Positions 57,273 to 64,000 of a stretch of 64,000 nt of DNA are shown here, in pieces. Both the position numbers and the translations under genes were made by a program. The notes beneath the pieces were generated by a model, which had not been told where the DNA came from, searched no databases, and saw only the letters and a list, made by a program, of their open reading frames with translations. The stretch is taken from NCBI GenBank assembly GCA_964512185.1, contig CAZEJJ010000010.1, forward strand, positions 291 through 64,290, in the 5' to 3' direction. The stretch's first letter is position 1; every line of letters begins with the position of its first letter. The stretch is from an uncultured Enterobacterales bacterium (lineage in GTDB: Bacteria; Myxococcota_A; UBA796; JAFGLY01).

Positions 57273-59231
57273 TCAGTTCTTGAGCAGGAACAGGGCGAAG
57301 AGCAGGACCACGGCCACCACCGCCGCGCCGATCATGAACATGGCCCAGGCATCGCCTCGCACCATGTCGAGCAGCTGGCCCCAGGGGGACCTGGGCGCGA
57401 ACTCGTCCAGGTCATCGTAGTCATCGCCCAGGTCGGTGAGATCGTCGTGACCTTGCTCGGAGAGGGGGAGATCGGTCCAGGACCCGGAGGCGGAGAGCCC
57501 AGCGGGTTCCGGCTCCTCGTGGAGCTGCGGCTCGGGCCGAGACAGGGCGGCAGGTTCGGGGACGGGCTCCGGCTGGGCCGCGGCCGCAGCAGAGAGATCG
57601 GGTGCGGGCGAGAGATCGGGCCGGGGGGCGGGCTGCCGCGAGCGCTCCGGGGCCACCCGCGGCTGCTCCATGGGCACCGCTGTGTCGGCCTGGGACGCAG
57701 GCTGTGTGCCTCCACCGAAGCTCACAGTGCTGGCGCGTGTGACCCAGGTGTCGGCGCTCGGGGTGCCGGCCTGCTCCGGACGCGGCTCCGCCACGGTGGG
57801 TGCTGGTTCCTGGGGGAGCTGCTGCGGCGTGGGCTCAGGAGGCGGAGGAGGGGCCGGGCTGGGCGGCTCGGGGAGCTGCGCCAGGGGCTCGGTGGCGACG
57901 CGCGCTTCGCCGGGCTCTTCAGGGATGGGCAGCGCCGCGGACGGGGGCCGCTCCGGGGGCGGGATGTAGCCGTGGGCAGCGCGGATCTCCAGCTCCGCTT
58001 CCTTGACGGTGGGCTCACGCCCCGAGTCGCGGATGGCGAAGGCTGCTCGCAGCCTGTAGTTGCCCGGTCGCAGATCGGAGAGCTCGAACTGGAAGCGGAA
58101 GCGCCCGGACGGATGACGGCTGACGTCGTAGGTGCTGGGGACCTCGCGCACACGCTCGGCGGTGTCGCGATCGAAGATGGCGACCCCGCAGGCGATCTCC
58201 TCGTGGCTGTCCACTCCCGCACTGCAGCCGACGCTGATGGTGTACCGGACCTTCTCGTCGGTGCTGAAGTGGCTGCTGTTGGGCGGGCGTTCTAGGATCA
58301 CCCTGCCCACCGTGACCACCTCGGGGCGCACCAGCGAGAGCAGCTCTTCGAGCCGAGGGACCAGCTCGTCGTGACGGTTGAAGCGATAGGGAGGCGAGGG
58401 GCTGGCCTTGAGCGAGGCTGCGCGGGAGATGGTGGCGGCGAGCCTCTCGGCCAGCCGGCCGTGGAAGCGCGGGTTGGAGTCTTCCTGCTTGATGCGGGCG
58501 TGCAGGCGGTCCTTCAAGCTGACCAGCGCCGCGCGCTCGAGACCCTCGCGCGGCAGGGGCCGGGCGTCCTCGAAGCCCAGGACGATCCGCCAGAGCATCA
58601 TGCCCAGGGCGTAGGTGTCGGCGGTGGGCGAGAACAGGGCGTCCTTTGCGTCGGTGGTCTCGGGAGGCAGGTAGCAGTGCTCGGGACCCCTGGCCTGGAG
58701 CAGGCGCGGGAAGGTCCGTCGAAGGCTGGGCGTGCTCACATCGGAGAGCACCACGCCGCCATCGGCGTCGAGCAGCACGTTGGTGGGTTTGAGAGCCCCG
58801 TGGCAGCCGGGACCGTCCTTGAGCTGCTGGCAGAGACGGCCCGCCTGGGCCAGCACGGACAGGCAATCGCGCAGGCTCGCACCGCCCGCCATGCTCTGCT
58901 CGAGGCTGCCGGGCAGACGCTCCAGCAGCATGACCATGCCACCATCGCTGGTGGTGAAGTGGCTGACGACGGTGGGCAGGAAGGGGTAGGCTCGCTCGGC
59001 GAGGAATTCCGCCTGCTCCACCAGGATCTCGCGGCAGGCCTTCTCCAGCTTGTCGGCTTCGGACAGGCCGGCGGGCAGATCGTCGATGGTGAGGGGACAC
59101 TTGAGGAGCAGGTCACCCGGCAGGTGATCGCACTGGACGCGGTAGGTCTTGCCCCACAGGCCGCGTCCCAGCAGCAGGCCCACCTTGTACGCTCTCTCCT
59201 GCTCGTCATAGACGATGTCGCCAGTCTTCAT
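57273..59231 (-). CDS. Tail-anchored Ser/Thr protein-kinase-like protein, predicted pseudokinase
   Basis: Kinase fold (GRGLWGKTY, LLLK, ...LKPTNVLL, SDV) but catalytic loop reads HGALKPTN instead of HRDLKPxN; Pro-rich region; C-terminal TM MFMIGAAVVAVVLLFALFLL. Confidence 0.75.
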   Translation of the reverse strand: MKTGDIVYDEQERAYKVGLLLGRGLWGKTYRVQCDHLPGDLLLKCPLTIDDLPAGLSEADKLEKACREILVEQAEFLAERAYPFLPTVVSHFTTSDGGMVMLLERLPGSLEQSMAGGASLRDCLSVLAQAGRLCQQLKDGPGCHGALKPTNVLLDADGGVVLSDVSTPSLRRTFPRLLQARGPEHCYLPPETTDAKDALFSPTADTYALGMMLWRIVLGFEDARPLPREGLERAALVSLKDRLHARIKQEDSNPRFHGRLAERLAATISRAASLKASPSPPYRFNRHDELVPRLEELLSLVRPEVVTVGRVILERPPNSSHFSTDEKVRYTISVGCSAGVDSHEEIACGVAIFDRDTAERVREVPSTYDVSRHPSGRFRFQFELSDLRPGNYRLRAAFAIRDSGREPTVKEAELEIRAAHGYIPPPERPPSAALPIPEEPGEARVATEPLAQLPEPPSPAPPPPPEPTPQQLPQEPAPTVAEPRPEQAGTPSADTWVTRASTVSFGGGTQPASQADTAVPMEQPRVAPERSRQPAPRPDLSPAPDLSAAAAAQPEPVPEPAALSRPEPQLHEEPEPAGLSASGSWTDLPLSEQGHDDLTDLGDDYDDLDEFAPRSPWGQLLDMVRGDAWAMFMIGAAVVAVVLLFALFLLKN

Positions 59232-59313
59232 GGGAGCTTCCGAAAGGTGATTTCTTCGGGGGGGTGGCCAGCCGCGCCCTCCCGTGTCAACGGAATAGCC
59301 TGTTGGAGAGACC

Positions 59314-61005
59314 GTGACCCGTCCCCACGACGCGCCGCACGCGGATCTGGACAGCTTCCGGCTGTCTCGCTGGGGGAATCCCGCCTACCGCCTCCTTCGA
59401 GGGGCCCACGAAGGGCTGGTCAGGCGCTTCGAACGCGCGGTACGGGACCCTGAGCGGGCCCAACGCGCCTTGCTGGATCGCATCCTGCGCGGCAGCCGCG
59501 CGACGGCCAGGGCTCGCGACCTGGGGCTCGCCGCCGTGCGCAGCTACGAGGATCTCCGCCAGCGCCTGCCCCTGGTGGGCTACGAGCAGCTGTCGCCCTA
59601 TGTCCAGCGGATCGAGGCCGGCGAAGCAAGGGTGCTCACCCGGGAGCCGGTGGTCCAGCTCCTGCAGACCAGCGGCACCACAGGGGCTGCCAAGCTGATC
59701 CCCGTCACCGCGTCCTGGGCCCGCGGGGTGTCGGAGGCCCAGAAGATCTGGCTTCTGGGCCTGCTTCGCGAGCACGAAGGTCTGGCGCAGGGTGCCGCCT
59801 TGACCCTCGTCTCTCCAGCGCAAGAGCGGCTGAGCCGCGGTGGCATCCCCATCGGCAGCAACACGGGGCGCATGCACCTGGCCCAGCCCTGGTGGGTTCG
59901 TCGCCGCTACCCTGTGCCCTACGAGGTCTACACGCTCCCGGACCCGGAGCTGCGGCTGTACGCCATCCTGCGCTTCGCGCTGCAGGCGCCCCTGCGCTCC
60001 ATCACCACGGCCAATCCCACCACCGTGCTGCTCATCGCCCGCAAGCTGCGCGAGCACGCCGACGCGCTGGCCTGCGACCTCAGGGCGGGCTCCCTCCAGC
60101 ACGGCCCCGCCCGCGCCCTCGATCCGGTCCTGCGCCGGCAGCTCGCTGGGCAGCTGCGGCGTGTCCAGCCTCCCCAGGACTGGCGCCCCGCGCGGATCTG
60201 GCCCCTCGAGGTGATCAACTGCTGGAAGGGGGGCCTGGCCGCCTGGTTCCTGCCGCTGCTCGGCGAGGCCCTGGGAGCGCCGGTGCCCGTGCGCGAGGTG
60301 GGCATCTCCGCCTCGGAGAGCTTCGTCGCCGTACCCCTGGCCAGCGGCTGGCCCGGCTGCGTGGCGTGGCCCCTGGGGGAGCTGTTGGAATTCGTCGCCG
60401 ACGACGGCTCCGTGCAGCCCCTCTGGCGGCTGGACATGGGCGCCGAGTACCGGCTTGTGGTGAGCGGCCGCCATGGCCTGCTTCGCTACGATCTCGGGGA
60501 CCGGCTGCGGGTCGTGGGCCGCTACCACGCCACCCCGGTCCTCAGCTTCCTGCGCCGCTCGGGCAGCGTCCTCTCCGCCACCGGGGAGAAGCTCACCGAG
60601 ACCCAGCTGCTGCTGGCCATGGAGCGCGTCTTCGAGCACCTGGGGCTGCCTCGCGCGCCCTTCACGCTGCGCCTGGTCATGGCCGAGACACCCTGGTACG
60701 AGCTGGCCACCGAGCACCAGGGCGACGCCGACCTCCTGGGTCGGGAGGTGGAGCGCGCGCTGCTAGAGGTCAACGTGGAGTACGCCTCCAAGAGGAGCAC
60801 GGGGCGACTCGGGCCCCTGCGCCCGCTGCGCCTGCCACCGGGCAGCTACCGGCAGCTGCGCAGGCAGCGCGTGGCCGCGGGAACCCCCGAGGGCCAGTAC
60901 AAGGACCCGGCCATGTGCCTGGACCAGGCCAGCTGGCAGGCGCTGATGGCCGCCGCGTCTACCCTGGATTCCGCCAGCGGAGCTGCAGGGTCCCCTCCAG
61001 GGTGA
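59314..61005 (+). CDS. GH3-family acyl-acid amido synthetase-like protein
   Basis: GTG start; ...LPLVGYEQLSPYVQRI..., QTSGTTGAAKLIPVT adenylation motif, ...GQYKDPAM. Confidence 0.75.
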   Translation: MTRPHDAPHADLDSFRLSRWGNPAYRLLRGAHEGLVRRFERAVRDPERAQRALLDRILRGSRATARARDLGLAAVRSYEDLRQRLPLVGYEQLSPYVQRIEAGEARVLTREPVVQLLQTSGTTGAAKLIPVTASWARGVSEAQKIWLLGLLREHEGLAQGAALTLVSPAQERLSRGGIPIGSNTGRMHLAQPWWVRRRYPVPYEVYTLPDPELRLYAILRFALQAPLRSITTANPTTVLLIARKLREHADALACDLRAGSLQHGPARALDPVLRRQLAGQLRRVQPPQDWRPARIWPLEVINCWKGGLAAWFLPLLGEALGAPVPVREVGISASESFVAVPLASGWPGCVAWPLGELLEFVADDGSVQPLWRLDMGAEYRLVVSGRHGLLRYDLGDRLRVVGRYHATPVLSFLRRSGSVLSATGEKLTETQLLLAMERVFEHLGLPRAPFTLRLVMAETPWYELATEHQGDADLLGREVERALLEVNVEYASKRSTGRLGPLRPLRLPPGSYRQLRRQRVAAGTPEGQYKDPAMCLDQASWQALMAAASTLDSASGAAGSPPG

Positions 61006-61591
61006 ACTGCAGGTCGTCTTCGGTGCCCGAGAGCAGATCGCGACCGGGGCCTCGGCACTCCAGCGCGACGACGCCCTCCAGCTCGCGTACCTGCGACCAC
61101 GACGCGTAGGCGCGACCTTTTGCGAAGCGCAGGCGATCCAGCTGCGCGAATCCACTGCAGGGCACGGCCGCAGGAGGCAGCTCAGCGGAGGCGGTGTAGC
61201 GCTCCTGGTAGCGGGCCACCAGCTGGCTGCCCTCGGTGGTGAGCAGCACGTCTCCACCCTCCACCAGCTGCTGCGAGGACAGCTCCAGCCAGAGGCTGCC
61301 GTCGAAGGGCGCTTCTTTCCAGGGAAAGGCTTCGCCCTGCAGCGCGGCCGAGCCCGCGAGGAGCACTCCGTCGTCGAGCGCTGGTGCCGCCTGGCTGGGC
61401 AGGAGCGCCAGGGACAGGCGATGTGGAGAGCGATCGTTGAGGCTCACGAGCAGATCGGCGGCCAGGTGCTGCTGGCCCTCCTGGGCCCGGCGTACCAGTC
61501 CCTGGAGCAAGAAGAGTCCCGGCACGACCGCGAGCAGCGCCACGAGGATGACGAGCACCGCAGAGGTGGAGAGGTGACGGGCCGAAGGCAA
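60959..61591 (-). CDS. Membrane-anchored hypothetical protein
   Basis: 210 aa; N-terminal TM AVLVILVALLAVVPGLFLL; high GC3; 3-prime end overlaps the GH3 gene by 47 nt (convergent). Confidence 0.55.
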   Translation of the reverse strand: MPSARHLSTSAVLVILVALLAVVPGLFLLQGLVRRAQEGQQHLAADLLVSLNDRSPHRLSLALLPSQAAPALDDGVLLAGSAALQGEAFPWKEAPFDGSLWLELSSQQLVEGGDVLLTTEGSQLVARYQERYTASAELPPAAVPCSGFAQLDRLRFAKGRAYASWSQVRELEGVVALECRGPGRDLLSGTEDDLQFTLEGTLQLRWRNPG

Positions 61592-61626
61592 CGGGCACTC
61601 CCCAGCAGACCGCGGTAGAGGCTACC

Positions 61627-62916
61627 TTGTCGTCACCTCGACTTCAAGCGGAGCTCCCCCAGCGCACACGAATCCCAGCGCCCGAGGTAGTCGTTTTGGT
61701 CCTGCTCGCCTGGTCGCTGCGCTCGCTCCTGGGTCTCATCGCCCTCACCTGGTTGGGCCTGGCGCTGAAGACCTTCGTCGGTCGCCGCCGCCAGCGCTTC
61801 CACGTCCACCTGGACGATCCGCCGGCCCCTGACGGCTCTCCCGGCGTCTCCGTGGTGATCCCCGCGCGCGACGAGCAGGACAACATCGGCCCCTGCCTCC
61901 GGGCCGTGCTGGCCCAGGACCACAGCCCGCTGCAGGTGGTGGTGCTCGACGACGCCTCCACCGACGGCACCGCCCAGGCGCTGCAGGCCTTCTCCGACGA
62001 TCCCCGCGTCTGCATCGTGATGGGCAGCGGCGAGCCCTCCCCGGACTGGTTCGGAAAACCCTGGGCGGTGCAGCGGGCCCAGGCCCACGCCACCCAGCCC
62101 TGGCTGCTCTTCCTGGACGCCGACGTGCGCCTCGATCCGCGCGCCATCTCTCGCGCCCTCGGCTACGCGCTGCGCAACGAGCTGAAGATGCTCTCGGGCT
62201 TCGGCAGGCTCGTCACCGCGGGTTTCTGGGAGAAGGTGCTGCAGCCGGTGGTGGGGGGCATCATCGTGGCGGGCAACAACCCCGACGAGGTGAACGATCC
62301 CGAGCGCAAGGACAAGGCTATGGCCAACGGCCAGTTCATCCTGATCCAGCGCGAGGCCTACGACAGCATCGGCCAACACGGCGCCGTGGCCCGCGACGTG
62401 CTCGACGACGTGGGCCTGGCCCGGGCTGCCAAGCGAGCCGACGTCCCCTACCACTGCGTCTTCATGCGCTCCCTGTTCAGCTGCCGCATGTACAGCGGCC
62501 TGGGGGAGATCTGGCGCGGGTGGCGCAAGAACCTCTTCGCGGGCATGCACTACTCCTGGCCCGTGGTCACCACGGTGGTCAGCTACCTGGCCGTCACCAA
62601 CCTGCTGCCGTGGCTGGTGCTGCTGCTGTCCCTGACCGGCGTGCTCGGGCGGGAGTGGCTGATCTGGTCGCTGGGGCTCGTGCTGCTGATGCAGGCGGTG
62701 CGCCTCTACCTGGACCTGGTCTTCCACCACCCGCCCCTGTACGGGCCCACCTTGCCACTGGGCATGAGCATGCTGCTGCTGCTGATGCTGGACTCCGCCT
62801 GGAGCAGCCGCAGCGGCAGGGTGGCCTGGAAGGGGCGCGCGGTGGACGTGGCCAGGCCGCCGCCCACCCAGCAGGACGATGCTACGCCACGAGCTACTGG
62901 AACAGGAACTGCATGA
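61627..62916 (+). CDS. Family 2 glycosyltransferase, membrane-integrated
   Basis: VSVVIPARDE, VLDDASTDGT, LFLDADV (DxD); C-terminal TM helices; TTG start uncertain. Confidence 0.8.
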   Translation: MSSPRLQAELPQRTRIPAPEVVVLVLLAWSLRSLLGLIALTWLGLALKTFVGRRRQRFHVHLDDPPAPDGSPGVSVVIPARDEQDNIGPCLRAVLAQDHSPLQVVVLDDASTDGTAQALQAFSDDPRVCIVMGSGEPSPDWFGKPWAVQRAQAHATQPWLLFLDADVRLDPRAISRALGYALRNELKMLSGFGRLVTAGFWEKVLQPVVGGIIVAGNNPDEVNDPERKDKAMANGQFILIQREAYDSIGQHGAVARDVLDDVGLARAAKRADVPYHCVFMRSLFSCRMYSGLGEIWRGWRKNLFAGMHYSWPVVTTVVSYLAVTNLLPWLVLLLSLTGVLGREWLIWSLGLVLLMQAVRLYLDLVFHHPPLYGPTLPLGMSMLLLLMLDSAWSSRSGRVAWKGRAVDVARPPPTQQDDATPRATGTGTA

Positions 62917-63994
62917 CCTCGTAGGCCAGGGGCATGTCCTTGTTGGCGAAGACATGGGCCGAGGCGGCCACCTCGGTGACCTGGGCCGAGTCGGGATCGG
63001 CGTCGGCGAGGGCCTCGACGGCGGTCACCAGGTCATCCAGGGTGCCGTAGGGAGTGACCGTGTCGTAGCTGGACCAGATGACCATGGAGCGCGCGGGTTT
63101 GGGCGTGCTTTCGTCGGCCAGGTAGGCGCCGTAGGAGTGTTGATCGATGTCAGCGATGCGATCGTCGAAGATGCGCTCCAGGCCAGTGTTGTAGTTGGCG
63201 TACTGGGCGGTCTGGTCGTAGATGAAGCTCAGATCGTCGGGGGTGGAGTCGAGCAGCACCCCCTGGATGGGCTCGTCGTAGTACGACGAGTCGGTGAGCA
63301 GCCACAGGAGCTCGGAGACCGCGCGGCCGCCATCGCCGAGCCCCAGCAGGTAGAGCTGATCCGGGTCCACCTGCACGGGCAGGGCCACGCCATGGTCGTC
63401 GGCGAAGTGCTCGTCGGTGGTGACGCGGTATATCCACGACGCCATGGCCAGGCCATCGCGGTAGAAGCGCTCGGTGGTGTAGTCGTTCTCCTGGCGGCCA
63501 CCGGAGTGGTTGTGCCAGAGGTCGCCCCAGCAATTGCTGGGCACCAGCACCAGGACGCCCTGCTGGGCCATGGCCGTGACGAGAGAACCCGTGTGCACCT
63601 CGGAGGGGTCCACCTCTTGCTGCCACATGCCCAGCGTGGAGAAGACGCGCGTCTGGGCCCATGACAGGTCCAGGCGGTCCTCTGCGGCGTAGTGCGTGCC
63701 CGAGAGGGGATCGTCCTGTGCTGGGTTCTTGACGTAGTCGAAGGCCCCCGAGTGGAACAGCACCGCGGCCGGCACCGGGGTGGTGATAGCGCTGTCGTAG
63801 ACTGCGTAGAAGGTGGCCGGCTCGTCGTTGGGACAGGTGAGCGCAGGGGAAGGCTCGAAGGTGCGCACGACGATGTCTTCGGAGGTGACGTGCTGGTTGT
63901 CGAGCGGGATCTCCTGGTAGGAGATGGCCGGATCGTCGAGCTTCCAGCATCCGGAACACAGGCACAACAGCGACAGCAAGGCAGAGGACTTCAT
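62894..63994 (-). CDS. Lipoprotein, alpha/beta-hydrolase-like fold with atypical nucleophile elbow
   Basis: Lipobox LCLCSGC; LLGLGDGG where GxSxG is expected; overlaps the GT2 3-prime end by 23 nt. Confidence 0.6.
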   Translation of the reverse strand: MKSSALLSLLCLCSGCWKLDDPAISYQEIPLDNQHVTSEDIVVRTFEPSPALTCPNDEPATFYAVYDSAITTPVPAAVLFHSGAFDYVKNPAQDDPLSGTHYAAEDRLDLSWAQTRVFSTLGMWQQEVDPSEVHTGSLVTAMAQQGVLVLVPSNCWGDLWHNHSGGRQENDYTTERFYRDGLAMASWIYRVTTDEHFADDHGVALPVQVDPDQLYLLGLGDGGRAVSELLWLLTDSSYYDEPIQGVLLDSTPDDLSFIYDQTAQYANYNTGLERIFDDRIADIDQHSYGAYLADESTPKPARSMVIWSSYDTVTPYGTLDDLVTAVEALADADPDSAQVTEVAASAHVFANKDMPLAYEVMQFLFQ

Positions 63995-64000
63995 GGACCA

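Noticed and set aside
56262-58295. 677-aa plus-strand ORF
   Set aside because: It is antisense to pepA and the kinase-like gene, and its sequence is repetitive Gly/Ala/Arg/Leu with no motifs.
59232-59313. Small hairpin CCGAA-N10-TTCGG in the divergent kinase/GH3 intergenic region
   Set aside because: The stem is only 5 bp with no flanking signals, so it is not distinguishable from chance.

Overview
This is a high-GC bacterial chromosomal window (G+C about two-thirds by eye). It contains no rRNA, tRNA, CRISPR array, transposase or integrase that I could recognise. All homology calls are by-eye motif recognition, and start codons are approximate where noted.

**Layout**
- **15-1700:** FG-GAP/MopE-motif lipoprotein.
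- **2006-24858:** an unbroken, co-directional, largely translationally coupled block of 19 nucleotide-biosynthesis genes: guaB, purA, purM, purS-L, purQ, purH, purC-E, purB, purD, purN, purF, guaA, pyrC, pyrE, pyrF, pyrB, pyrI, pyrD, pyrK.
- **24851-32429:** a CrtI-like oxidoreductase fused to two hotdog thioesterase domains, a CPBP protease and part of a PHA locus (phaR, a mini phasin-like ORF, a PhaB-like reductase, a PHA-granule-region protein). Two unusual non-coding inverted-repeat elements also lie here.
- **32500-39221:** envelope proteins (FG-GAP, MopE-repeat, beta-helix lipoproteins) and an ECF sigma/anti-sigma pair.
- **39405-46798:** an operon-like run of Na+/solute symporter, extended class III-type PhaC, lipoprotein, alpha/beta hydrolase, outer-membrane barrel and a paralogous lipoprotein.
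- **46908-54618:** two tandem SGNH hydrolases with embedded TPR modules, followed by a SxtJ-like protein, DUF5989, a carbamoyltransferase, a NifS-like desulfurase, a TusA-like protein and a PP-loop ATPase. I consider this last group the best candidate for an undescribed system, possibly a sulfur-inserting variant of the acetamidino-sugar amidotransferase chemistry coupled to carbamoylation.
- **54622-63994:** a minus-strand run of pseudokinase, PepA, lipoprotein and a PqqD-like protein, then a GH3-family ligase, a GT2 glycosyltransferase and lipoproteins.

**Other notable points**
- purL carries an in-frame TGA, purD an in-frame TAA, and the PHA-granule-region gene a 1-nt frameshift.
- PurC is fused to a class II PurE (animal PAICS-like), and GuaA has a eukaryote-like duplicated C-terminal domain.
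- A TTGC-N6-GCAA operator-like motif is shared by two PHA promoter regions.
- The many very long ORFs antisense to, or out of frame with, real genes are GC-driven shadow ORFs and were rejected.

The lineage guess (Myxococcota/Bradymonadia-like) is inference only.
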